DNA of 64,000 nucleotides from Octopus vulgaris (taxonomy: Eukaryota): assembly GCA_951406725.2 (NCBI GenBank), contig OX597817.1, forward strand, positions 92,132,001-92,196,000, given 5' to 3'. The stretch's first letter is position 1, and the number at the start of each line of letters is the position of its first letter. Shown here piece by piece: positions 13,976 to 28,494 of this stretch. The notes beneath the pieces were generated by a model. That model was not told where the DNA came from, did no database searches, and saw only the letters and a program-made list of their open reading frames with translations. The position numbers and the translations under genes are program-made.

Positions 13976-15644
13976 AGACTGCCAGAAGGGAAGCTAGGAG
14001 ACAGGTTTATTTAGCCAGAGATGAAGCAGATAAGGAAAAATTTGCCAATGTTCTGCGCCGTGAGGACCAAAGACTGGTGTAGCAACATAATAGTCAAGTG
14101 CTACAAAGGTAAAGGTGACGCCTTAGATACAAATAATTACAGAGGTATCAAGTAATGAAGGTCACAGAGAGGGTCATAGCCCAACTAATTAGAGAGAGTT
14201 AGTTTAGATGAAATGCAGTTTGGGTTTGTGCCAGGGAAAAGCACCACTAATGCTATATTCCTGGTAAGCCAGCTGCAGGAGAAATACCTAGCCAAAGATA
14301 AACCTCTGTACCTGGCTTTGTTGACATGAAGAAAGCCTTTGACAGGGTCCTCCAATCCCTTATCTGATGGTCAATGAAGAAAATAGGGATAGATGAATGG
14401 TTAGTGAGAGCTGTGCAGGCCATGTACAGGAACGCTGTCAGTAAGGTGAGGGTTGGCAACGAGTACACTGAAGAATTCCGGGTAGAAGTAGGGGTCCACC
14501 AAGGTTCAGTCCTCAGTCCCCTCCTATTTATCATAGTTCTCCAGGCAATAACAGAGGAATTCAAGACTGGATGCCCCTGGAAGCTCCTCTATGCTGATGA
14601 CCTTGCTCTAATTGCTGAGTCACTATCAGAACTGGAGAAGTTTCAGGTGTGGAAACAAGGATTAGAATCGAAGGGCCTTAGAGTCAACCTAGCTAAAACC
14701 AAAGTCCTTATAAGTAGAAAGGTAGACAAACCACAAACGCCTTCAGGTAGATGACCCTGCTTGATCTATAGAAAAGGTGTAGGTAGAAACTATAAGATGT
14801 ACCCAGTATAAGCTATGGACACATAAGAGGTGCAGCAATGTCAAAGGAAGGCTAACTAGGCAGATAGTTTTTGTATGTGGCAGATGCTCAGGAGCAATAA
14901 AAACTGAAAACCTGCAAAAAACAACTTCCGTCACTTTCCAGGGACAAAAACTAGAAGTAGTTACCTAGGTGGCCAAGTCAGTAGTGGGGATGGGTGTGCT
15001 GAGAGTGTAACTGCTAGAATAAGAATAGCCTGGGCAAAGTTCAGAGAGCTCTTACCTCTGCTGGTGACAAAAGGCCTCTTACTCAGAGTAAAAGGCAGAC
15101 TGTATGATGCATGTGTATGAACAGCCATGCTACATGGCAGTGAAACATGGGCTGTGACTGCTTATGCGTAAACTCATGAGGAATGAAGTCAGTATGCTCC
15201 GATGGATGTGTAATGTCAGTGTACATACTCGACAGAGTGTAAGTACCTTGAGAGAAAAGTTGGATCTAAGAAGCATCAGCTGGGGTGTGCAAGAAAGACG
15301 ATTGCGCTGGTATGGTCATGTGGCGAGAATGGATGAAGATAGGTGTATGAAAAAGTGCCAATCCCTAGCGGTTGAGGGAACCCATGGAAGAGGAAGACCT
15401 GGGACGAGGTGGTGAAGCACGACCTTCGAACATTAGGCCTCACTAAGACAATGACTAGTGACCGAGACCTTTGGAAATATGCTGTGCGTGAGAAGACCCG
15501 GCAGGACAAGTGAGTCCATCCCGTGTCCTTTGCCAGGGATGTAGCCAGCCCACTTATGCATGCCTTTCCTTCCTTGGACATGTGAAGACCTGTTGAGGCA
15601 AGTGAAGTCGAAATCGAACCTCATCCGACGACTTGCACCCATGC
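13976..15644 (+). mobile_element. Degenerate RTE copy with internal deletions and partial 3' UTR
   Basis: Colinear with 7276-9330 but with frameshifts and stops. Contains the RT fragment ORF 14374-14754. Confidence 0.9.
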
Positions 15645-16166
15645 CATCTAAACTGACTGTCTCCCTGATTAGTCGGGCTATGACCCTCTCCGTGATCTCC
15701 ATTACCTGATCTAACAACTTGATACCTCTGTAATTATTTGTATCTAAAGCATCTCCCTTACCTTTGTAGCAGTTGATTATGGTGCTGCTACACTATTCAT
15801 TGGGTATGACTCCTTCGTGTATCACCTGGTTAACTATACGGGTAGCTAGGTTATAGCCGACACTGCCAGATATTTTGAGAATCTCTGCAGTGATTCCTGA
15901 TGGGCTGGGGCTTTCCCTGTCTTTATACTCTTAAGTGCTTTATCTACCAAGGTACTCTCAACTAGGATAGCTGGTCCCTCTGCTGGGTCAACATTCGGCA
16001 GACTCTCTTTCCCCCTTTCATTTTCTTTATTCAGCAACCTTTCATAGTGGCGTCTCCAAACCTCTCCCTTTGCAGCCTCGTCTAGTGCAAGTGAACCATC
16101 CTCCATGCTAACACATTTCTTTCCTACAACATCACGATTCTATCTCACACACTGTCTTTGCAACAT
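15645..16166 (-). mobile_element. Inverted internal RTE fragment (linker/RT N-terminus)
   Basis: ORF 15846-16106 ([24 protein letters not shown]) matches ~7385-7912. Confidence 0.85.
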
Positions 16167-16416
16167 ATTATCATCATCATCATTTAACGTCCATTTCATG
16201 ATGATGATGATATATATATATAAGTATATATGCATATATATGTGTGTATGTATACATGGATATATATATGTATACATATATGTCTGTATATATTTATATG
16301 TATATATATGTGTGTGTGTGTATATATATATGTATATCTATATATATACATTTATATATGTATATATATGTATGTATATATATTTATATATGTTTATATA
16401 TGTATGTATATATATT

Positions 16417-16448
<32 letters not shown>

Positions 16449-16496
16449 TATATGTTTATATATGTATATATATGTATGTATATATATTTATATATG

Positions 16497-17908
16497 ATTG
16501 ATTGATTGATTGATTCTAGTTTCAGCTTATGAACTGTGGCCATGCTGGGGCACCGCCATTTGGTGTTGCTACTTGGTTTTACTTCACGAAAGCTTTTTAG
16601 CAACTGCCATTTGATGCATGAGAGAGTTCGATGCAGCTGCCCTCATCTGCACCTCCTGCCGTGAAGTTGGTTCATCTGGGACACCTGACAGGAAGAGATC
16701 CAGTTTCATTTTAAAGACATCTGCATCCACCCCATGCAGGTCTCTCAGGTTCTTCGGGAGGATATTGAAGAGCTGTGGGCCTCGGAAGCCCAGGCTATCA
16801 CAGAATCTTGTCCTACATCTTGATGGCAAATTTGGAGTCCTAGGCACCACGCAGTGGCGCCCAGTTCTGGCATTTGCGTAACTCTCGATGCCAAAGTTTA
16901 GGACATGTCCCTCCAGGATCTTCCAGATGTATATTATGGCATATCTTTCCCGCCTACGCTCCAGGGAATATAGTTTTAATCTCTTGAGTCTTTCCCAGTA
17001 GCTTACATTCTGCATAGAGGCTATCTTCTTCGTGTAGCTACGTTGGATCGCCTCGAGCTCTGTGATCAACTTGACACTGGATGGTGACCATAACTGAGAG
17101 CAGTAGTCAAAGTGGCTTAGGACAAGTGTCCTCCAGAGGACCATCATGGTTTCTTGTTCTCTTGTTCTAAAGGTTCTGAGGATCCATCCGGCCAGTCGTC
17201 TACATTTCATTGCCAATTTAGCAACATGTACACGAAAGGTCGCGTCATCACTCATGTAAATACCTAGGTCACGCACTGATTGTGCCTCTGGGATTGCTAT
17301 TCCTCCGGGTCCAGTGTATTCATTGGGTATTGCATTTAGTTTTGCATGCTGATAGTATAGAGCTTGAAACTTTTCAGCATTGAACTGCATGCTATTCTTT
17401 TCAGCCCACTTGTATATTTTGTCCAGCTCACATTGCAGGTGTTTAGTGTCCTCAGGGTTCTGTATTGCCTGTGAAACTTTTGTATCATCTGCATAACTTG
17501 TGATCGTGGCTCTCTGCGTGGCTGAGGGCATGTCTGAGAGGGCCATTATAAACAGTAGTGGTCCCAGAACAGTGCCCTGCGGAACACCGCTCACTATTGG
17601 CTACTACCACCTGACTTCTATCTTTCAGAAAGTCATGAAGCCATTCTCCTAGTTTTCCAACTATGTTGAGATCACGCAGTTTGTGACATATCATTCCATG
17701 ATCGACTTTGCAAAGGCCTTTGCAAAGTCGAGATATATCACTTCCACATTTGAGTGGTTGAACAGCCGTTTCAGCACCCAGTCATAGTATTGTAGGAGCT
17801 GAGTTAAACAGCTTCTCCCTGGTCGGAAACCATGTTGGGTGTCGGGCAGCAAGTCATTCTCTTCAAGGAAGGTGATCAGCTTCCTTCTGACTATTCGTTC
17901 CATGACCT
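16497..17908 (-). mobile_element. 5'-truncated CR1/L2-group LINE
   Basis: Motifs QHGFRPGRSC, YLDFAKAF, SGVPQGTVLGP, YADDTK and YWERLK.L.LYSLERRRERY. The 3' end reads GGCGGTGCCCCAGCATGGCC...GAAAC with an (ATCA)n tail. Confidence 0.9.
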
Positions 17909-18108
17909 TATATATATATATATATGTATATATATGTATATATATATATATATATACGTTTATAATCACCCCACATTACTGTATGGTTAACACCATATAG
18001 TTTTCTGGTGCATCTAAGTTAGTACCACATCCAAGTAAATTCATTGGAATTGACTTGAATCTTAATTGCTTTTATATATATATATATGTATATATATATG
18101 TATGTATG

Positions 18109-18150
<42 letters not shown>

Positions 18151-18332
18151 GTTAATCCAAACAAGAAAACATGACAAAACACAACAACGCGAGGACGTGA
18201 AAGTATTATTGGACGCTCAGGAAAGAGGGGAAAAAGGACGGTTTAACGTTTCGAGCGGAGCTCTTCGTCGGAAACATATGAGAAGGGAAGACAGAGGAAA
18301 AAAATCGCCAGCGGTATTCACGAGGCCACATA
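18151..18332 (-). mobile_element. Short microsatellite-embedded element with a minimal hammerhead (probable Penelope-like 3' end)
   Basis: Unique ~180-bp island in (TA)n containing the hammerhead motif 18241-18275. Confidence 0.55.
18241..18275 (-). ncRNA. Minimal type I hammerhead motif (U4C variant)
   Basis: Minus strand reads GUUU-CCGACGA-A-GAGC-UCC-GCUC-GAA-ACGU-U-AAAC. Confidence 0.65.
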
Positions 18333-18743
18333 TGTGTATATATATATGTATATATATATGTATATATATATATATGTATATATATATGTATATATACATA
18401 TGTATATGTACGTATATATATGCATATGTATATATATATGTATGTATATATATATGTATGTATATATATATGTATGTATACATATATGTATGTATATATA
18501 TATATATGTATATATATATATGTATGTATATATATATATATGTATATATATATATGTATGTATATATATATATGTATATATTTGTATATGTATGTATATA
18601 TATGTATATGTATGTATGTATATGTATGTATATGTATGTATGTATATGTATGTATATATATGTATATATATGTATATGTATGTATTTATATGTATATGTA
18701 TGTATGTATATATATGTATATATATATGTGTGTATATATATGT

Positions 18744-19228
18744 AATAAATAAAATATATGCCTACATACAAACATATATGTACGTACCAACATCTACATG
18801 TATATATACGTGCATATATAAATATATATACGTACAGGACATCACAGGAAGACGAAAAAATCAACAGAATGAAAACGGAATGGACATTTTGTTACAACAG
18901 AAGGACAAGACGAAACGAAACCGAAAACGGGAAAAACAATTATGTGCAGCAGAAAAACGAAGTACAGGACATGCTGCACAAGGAAAAATCCCCTTCATCA
19001 GCTGTCGCTAGCAGACACGTGTTTCGAAGGCAGAGACAGAACACGTATAGTCAAGCTAGGCCTTCCTACGAGAGAATTGAAATAAAATAAACTCGTAGAG
19101 GGGTAAACGAGCGAGAAAAAATGTAACACAAAAAGGGACGTACCAAAGAACTGCACATAAAAATACATACAAGAAAAAAATAAATACAAAATAAAGATAC
19201 ATGTACAAGAAAATACATAACGAGAATT
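18744..19228 (-). mobile_element. Short microsatellite-embedded element carrying a permuted hammerhead
   Basis: Unique island in (TA)n. Its 3' part resembles 40240-40435. Confidence 0.6.
18995..19065 (-). ncRNA. Candidate non-circularly permuted (pseudoknotted) hammerhead ribozyme
   Basis: Minus strand reads GAAGGC CUAGC uugacu AUACGUGU U CUGUC ucu GCCUUC GAA ACACGUGU cu GCUAG c GACAG CUGAUGA. Four helices form and all core nucleotides sit in register. Confidence 0.7.
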
Positions 19229-19335
19229 ATGTATATATATGTATATATATATGTATATATATGTATATATATATGTATATATATGTATATATATATATAT
19301 ATATGTATATATATACATACGTATATATATATATC

Positions 19336-20448
19336 ATTAACACGCAAATAGTGAGCGGTGTTCCGCAAGGCACTGTTTTGGGACCACTACTGTTCATAAT
19401 GGCCCTCTCAGCCACGCAGAGAGCCACAATCACAAGTTATGCAGATGATACAAAAGTTCCACAGGCAATACAGAACCCTGAAGACACTAAGCACCTGCAA
19501 TGTGAGCTGGACAAAATATTCAAGTTGGCTGAAAAGAATAGCATGCAGTTCAATGCTGAAAAGTTTCAAGCTCTATACTATCAGCATGCAAAACTAAATG
19601 CAATACCCAATAAATACACTGGACCTGGAAGGATTGCAATCCCAGAGGCACAATCAGTGCGAGACCTGGGTATTTACATGAGTGATGATGCAACCTTTCA
19701 TGTGCATGTTGCTAAATTGGCAATGAAATGTAGGCGGCTGACCGGATGGATTCTTAGAACCTTTAGAACAAGAGACCAGGAAACCATGATGGTCCTCTGG
19801 AGGACACTTGTCCTAAGCCACTTTGACTATTGCTATCAACTATGGTCACCATCCAGTGTCAAGTTAATCACAGAACGTGAGGCGATCCAACGTAGCTACA
19901 CGAAGAAGATAGCCTCTGTGCAACATATAAGCTATTGGGAAAGACTCAAGAGATTGAGACTCTATTCCTTACAGCGTAGGCGAGAAAGATATGCCATAAT
20001 ATACATCTTGAAGATCCTAGAAGGACTTGTCCCAAACTTTGGCATCAAGAGTTACACAAATGCCAGAACTGGGCACCACTGCATAGTGCCAAGGACTCCA
20101 AATTTGCCATCAAGATGTAGGACAAGATACTGTGATAGCCTGGGCTTCCGAGGTGCACAGCTATTCAATATCCTCCCGAAGAACCTAAGAGACCTGCATG
20201 GGGTAGATGCAGATGTCTTTAAAATGAAACTGGATCTCTTCCTGTCAGGTGTCCCAGATGAACCAAATTCACAGTAGGAGGTGCAGATGAGGGCAGCTGC
20301 ATCGAACTCTCTCATGCACCAGATGGCATTTGCTAAAAAGCATTCATGAAGTAAAATCATGTAGCAACACCAAATGGCGGTGACCCAGCATGGCCATAGC
20401 TTATGAGCTGAAACTAAATAAAATTTTTAAAAAGTTAAATAAAAAAAA
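19336..20448 (+). mobile_element. 5'-truncated CR1/L2-group LINE, same family as 16497-17908
   Basis: SGVPQGTVLGP, YADDTK and YWERLKRL motifs, with the same 3' terminal motif at 20375-20412. Confidence 0.9.
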
Positions 20449-20470
20449 TATATATGTATATATATGTATG

Positions 20471-20545
<75 letters not shown>

Positions 20546-20931
20546 ATATATGTATATATATGTATATGTATGTATATGTATATATATGTATATATATATA
20601 TATGTATATGTATATATATGTATATGTATATGTATATATATGTATATATATGTATATGTATATATATGTATATGTATATATATATACATGTATATGTATA
20701 TACATGTATATATATGTATATGTATATATATGTATATATATGTATGTATATGTATATATATGTATGTATATGTATATGTATATATATGTATGTATATGTA
20801 TGTATATGTATGTATATGTATGTATATGTATATGTATATATATGTATATACATGTATATATATGTATATGTATATATATGTATATATATGTATATGTATA
20901 TATATGTATGTATATGTATGTATATGTATAT

Positions 20932-20965
<34 letters not shown>

Positions 20966-21258
20966 CAACCCATGCTAGCATGGAAAGCGGACGTTAAATA
21001 ATGATGATGAATGATATGTATATATATGTATATGTATATATATGTATATGTATATATATATGTATATATATGTATATGTATATGTATGTATATGTATATA
21101 TATGTATGTATATGTATATATATATGTGTATATATATATGTGTATATATATGTATATATATATATGTATATATATGTATATATATATATGTATATATATG
21201 TATATATATATATGTGTATATATATATGTGTATATATATGTATATATATATATGTATA

Positions 21259-21329
<71 letters not shown>

Positions 21330-21336
21330 GTGTATA

Positions 21337-21678
21337 TCATCATCATCATCATCGTCGTTTAGCGTCCATTTTCCAGGCTAGCATGGGTTGGACGGTTCTA
21401 CTGGGGTCTGTGAAGCCAGAAGGATTCATCAGGCCCAGTCAAATCTGGCAGTGTTTCTAAGGCTGGATGCCCTTCCTAACGCCAACCACTCCGTGAGTGT
21501 AGTGGGTACTTTTTACGTGCCACCCGCACAGGTGCCAGACAGAGCTGGCAAACGGCCACGAATGGATATGCTTTTTATGTGCCACCGGCACAAGGGCCAG
21601 GCGAGGCTATATATGGCAATGGTCGCGAAACGGAAGGTTCTCTTACATGCCACCGGCATATATATATTGATATATTCT

Positions 21679-21680
<2 letters not shown>
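21337..21680 (-). mobile_element. RTE 3'-UTR fragment with (GAT)n tail
   Basis: Contains the GGATGCCCTTCCTAACGCCAACCACT module and a CAT tail. Confidence 0.85.
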
Positions 21681-21711
<31 letters not shown>

Positions 21712-21756
21712 GTATATATATATATGTATATATATATATGTTTATATATATATATG

Positions 21757-21807
<51 letters not shown>

Positions 21808-22138
21808 GTATATGTATATGTATATATATGTATATATATGTATATATATTGTATATGTATATATATATATATGTATATATATATATGTATATATATGTAT
21901 ATATATGTATATATATGTATATATATGTATATATATGTATATATATGTATATATATGTATATATATATGTATATGTATATATATGTATATGTATATATAT
22001 GTATATGTATGTATATGTATATATGTATATGTATATATATGTATATATATGTATATACATGTATATATATGTATATGTATATATATGTATATATATGTAT
22101 ATGTATATATATGTATGTATATGTATGTATATGTATAT

Positions 22139-22172
<34 letters not shown>

Positions 22173-22375
22173 CAACCCATGCTAGCATGGAAAGCGGACG
22201 TTAAATAATGATGATGAATGATATGTATATATATGTATATGTATATATATGTATATGTATATATATATGTATATATATGTATATGTATATGTATGTATAT
22301 GTATATATATGTATGTATATGTATATATATATGTGTATATATATATGTGTATATATATGTATATATATATGTATA

Positions 22376-22418
<43 letters not shown>

Positions 22419-22457
22419 GTATATATATATATGTATATATATGTATATATATATATG

Positions 22458-22496
<39 letters not shown>

Positions 22497-22503
22497 GTGT
22501 ATA

Positions 22504-22890
22504 TCATCATCATCATCATCGTCGTTTAGCGTCCATTTTCCAGGCTAGCATGGGTTGGACGTTCTACTGGGGTCTGTGAAGCCAGAAGGATTCATCAGGC
22601 CCAGTCAAATCTGGCAGTGTTTCTAAGGCTGGATGCCCTTCCTAACGCCAACCACTCCGTGAGTGTAGTGGGTACTTTTTACGTGCCACCCGCACAGGTG
22701 CCAGACAGAGCTGGCAAACGGCCACGAATGGATGGTGCTTTTTATGTGCCACCGGCACAAGGGCCAGGCGAGGCTGGCAACGGACACGAAACGGGGCGGT
22801 GCTGGCAATGGTCGCCAAATGGAAGGTTCTCTTACATGCCACCGGCACTATAACACATCTGCAATTTCCATTGATCGATTTCTATTCTGA
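22504..22890 (-). mobile_element. RTE 3'-UTR fragment, duplicate of 21337-21680
   Basis: Near-identical to 21337-21680. Confidence 0.85.
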
Positions 22891-23051
22891 TATATGTATA
22901 TATATATGTATATATATATATATGTATATATATATGTATATATATATTATATATATATATGTATATATATATGTATATATGTATATATATGTATATATAT
23001 ATGTATATATATATGTATATATATGTATATATATGTATATATATATGTATA

Positions 23052-23084
<33 letters not shown>

Positions 23085-23321
23085 TTTTATATATATATGT
23101 ATATGTATATATTTTTATATATATATGTATATGTATATGTATATGTATATATGTATATGTATATGTATATATATGTATATATATATATGTATATATATAT
23201 ATGTATATGTATATATATATATATGTATATATATGTATATATATATATATGTATATGTATATATATGTATATGTATATATGTATATGTATATATGTATAT
23301 GTATATATGTATATATATATG

Positions 23322-23443
<122 letters not shown>

Positions 23444-23503
23444 AATATATATACATATAGTATATATAGTATATATATATATATATGTATATATATGTAT
23501 ATA

Positions 23504-23705
<202 letters not shown>

Positions 23706-23724
23706 GTATATATATATATGTATA

Positions 23725-23755
<31 letters not shown>

Positions 23756-23847
23756 GTGTATATATATATATGTATATATATGTGTATATATATATATGTA
23801 TATATATGTGTATATATATATGTATATATATGTGTATATATATATAT

Positions 23848-23879
<32 letters not shown>

Positions 23880-24144
23880 GTGTATATATATATGTATATG
23901 TATATATATATATGTATATATATGTGTATATGTATATATATATATGTATATATATGTGTATATGTATATATATGTATATATATGTGTATATGTATATATA
24001 TATGTATATATATGTGTATATGTATATATATATGTATATATATGTGTATATGTATATATATATGTATATATATGTGTATATGTATATATATATATGTGTA
24101 TATATATATGTGTGTATATATATATGTGTATATATATATATGTG

Positions 24145-24175
<31 letters not shown>

Positions 24176-24314
24176 GTATATATATATATGTGTGTGTATA
24201 TATATATATATGTGTATATATATATATATGTGTGTGTATATATATATATGTGTGTGTATATATATATATGTATATATATGTGTATATATGTGTATATATA
24301 TATGTGTATATATA

Positions 24315-24449
24315 GGTAAACAGTAAAAATAATTACAGACATGGACAAGAACATGAAAAGACACAGAGACAACACAAGAACCACAGGACGGGACATTCGA
24401 AGCCCTCAGTCATCAGTCAAGAACCAGATCATCTTAGCAATTTCGGCTG
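24315..24449 (-). mobile_element. 135-bp island with the 3' half of a permuted-hammerhead-like motif
   Basis: Minus strand reads CAGCC GAA AUUGCU aagau GAUCUGG u UCUUGA CUGAUGA and is truncated by (TA)n. Confidence 0.45.
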
Positions 24450-24659
24450 TATATATATGTGTATATATATGTATATATATATACATATATATATATGTAT
24501 ATATATGTATATATATGTGTATATATATGTATATATATGTGTATATATATGTATATATATGTGTATATATGTATATATATGTGTATATATATGTATATAT
24601 ATGTGTATATATATGTATATATATGTGTATATATGTATATATATGTATATATATGTATA

Positions 24660-24724
<65 letters not shown>

Positions 24725-24798
24725 GTGTATATATATATATATATGTGTATATATATATATGTATATATATATGTGTATATATATATATATATTATATA

Positions 24799-24872
<74 letters not shown>

Positions 24873-25008
24873 TGTATATATATGTATATGTATATATATA
24901 TATGTATATATTTATATATATATGTATATATGTATATATATGTATATATGTATATATATATGTATATATATGTATATATATATATATATGTATATATATG
25001 TATATATG

Positions 25009-25041
<33 letters not shown>

Positions 25042-25044
25042 GTA

Positions 25045-25245
<201 letters not shown>

Positions 25246-25252
25246 GTATATA

Positions 25253-25401
<149 letters not shown>

Positions 25402-25464
25402 GTATATATATGTATATATATATATATATGTATATATATATGTATATATATGTATATATATATG

Positions 25465-25849
<385 letters not shown>

Positions 25850-25897
25850 GTATATATATATATGTATATATATGTATATATATATATATATTATATT

Positions 25898-26336
<439 letters not shown>

Positions 26337-26369
26337 GTATATATATATGTATATATATATATATGTATG

Positions 26370-26432
<63 letters not shown>

Positions 26433-26476
26433 TATGTATATATGTATATATATATGTATATATATATATATGTATG

Positions 26477-26508
<32 letters not shown>

Positions 26509-26654
26509 TGTATGTATATATAGATATGTATATATATATATATGTATGTATATATAGATATGTATATATATATGTATGTATATATATATATATGTATGTA
26601 TATATATATATATGTATGTATATATAGATATGTATATATATATATATGTATGTA

Positions 26655-27782
26655 TACCAGTACCGGTGGCACACAAGAAAACCATCCGAACGTGGCCGTA
26701 GCCAGTACCGCATCGACTGGCCTCTGTGATGTGGGCACATAACAAACACCATCCGATCGTGGCCGTCCGCCAGCCTCATCTGGCACCTGTGTCGGTGGCA
26801 CATAAAAACACCAACCGAAGACCAGGCAAGACTAGTCAGGCCATAACCCATGGCCCCTACTTGGGACGTAGTCAGTCCACCTGTGCATACCTTCCTTCCT
26901 TCTTGTGACACTTGTGAAGACCTGTTGAGGCAAGTGAAAATCAAATCAAATCAAATCAAATCAAAATAGATGAACATCAATGGAATTTGTATCTTTGTGG
27001 TACCAGTGCCAGTGGCACACAAGAAAACCATCCGAACGTGGCCGTAGCCAGTACCGCATCGACTGGCCTCCGTGCTGTGGGCACGCAACAAACACCATCC
27101 GATCGTGGCCGTTCGCCAGCCTCATCTGGCACCTGTGTCGGTGGCACATAAAAACACCATCCGAAGACCCAGCAAGACTAGTCAGGCCATAACCCGTGGC
27201 CCCTACCTGGGACGTAGTCAGTCCACCTGTGCATACCTTCCTTCTTGTGACACTTGTGAAGACCTGTTGAGGCAAGTGAAAATCAAATCAAATCAAAACA
27301 AATCAAAATAGATGAACATCAATGGAATTTGTATCTTTGTGGACCAGTGCCGGTGGCACACAAGAAAATCATCCGAACGTGGCCGTAGCCAGTACCGCAT
27401 AGACTGGCCTCCGTGCTTTGGGGACGTAACAAACACCATCCGATCGTGGCCGTCCGCCAGCCTCATCTGGCACCTGTGTCGGTGGCACATAAAAACACCA
27501 TCCGAGCGTGGCCGTCTGCCAGCCTCGTCTGGCACCTGTGTCGGTGGCACATAAAAACACCATCCGAGCGTGGCCGTTCGCCAGCCTCGTCTGGCACCTG
27601 TGTCGGTGGCACATAAAATCACCCACTACACTCTCGGAGTGGTTGGCGTTAGGAAGGGCATCCAGCTGTAGAAACACTGCCAGATCTGACTGGCCTGGTG
27701 CAGCCTCCGTCCCCAGACCCCAGTTGAACCGTCCAACCCATGCTAGCATGGAAAACGGACGCTAAATATGATGATGATGATG
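26655..27782 (+). mobile_element. 5'-truncated RTE made only of the last ~3 tandem 3'-UTR units
   Basis: Near-exact reverse complement of ~9970-11083, ending in a GAT tail. Confidence 0.9.
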
Positions 27783-28316
27783 TGTATATGTATGTGTATG
27801 TATGTATATATATGTATATATATATATGTATGTATATATATATGTATGTATGTATATATATATGTATATATATATATATGTATGTATATATAGATATGTA
27901 TATATATATATATGTATGTATATATATATGTATATGTATGTATATATAGATATGTATATATATATGTATATGTATGTATATATAGATATGTATATATATA
28001 TGTATATGTATGTATATATAGATATGTATATATATATGTATATGTATGTATATGTAAATATGTATATATATATATATGTATGTATATATATATGTATATA
28101 TATATATATATGTATGTATATATAGATATGTATATATATGTATATATGTATGTATATATATATGTATGTATATATAGATATGTATATATATATATATATG
28201 TATGTATATATATATGTATATATATATATGTATGTATATATATATGTATATATATATATATGTATGTATATATAGATATGTATATATATATATATGTATA
28301 TATGTATATATATATG

Positions 28317-28379
<63 letters not shown>

Positions 28380-28410
28380 GTATGTCTATATATGTATATA
28401 TATATATATG

Positions 28411-28441
<31 letters not shown>

Positions 28442-28494
28442 GTATGTCTATATATGTATATATATATGTATGTATATATATATATATATATATA

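Noticed and set aside
13816-14100. Head-to-head RTE junction
   Set aside because: It spans a 100-N scaffold gap, so adjacency and orientation are unverified.
19002-19025. Conventional reading of the 19-kb motif with palindromic stem III ACACGUGU and a GUC site
   Set aside because: Stem I would not pair in register with the bases before CUGAUGA. The permuted reading pairs all four helices.
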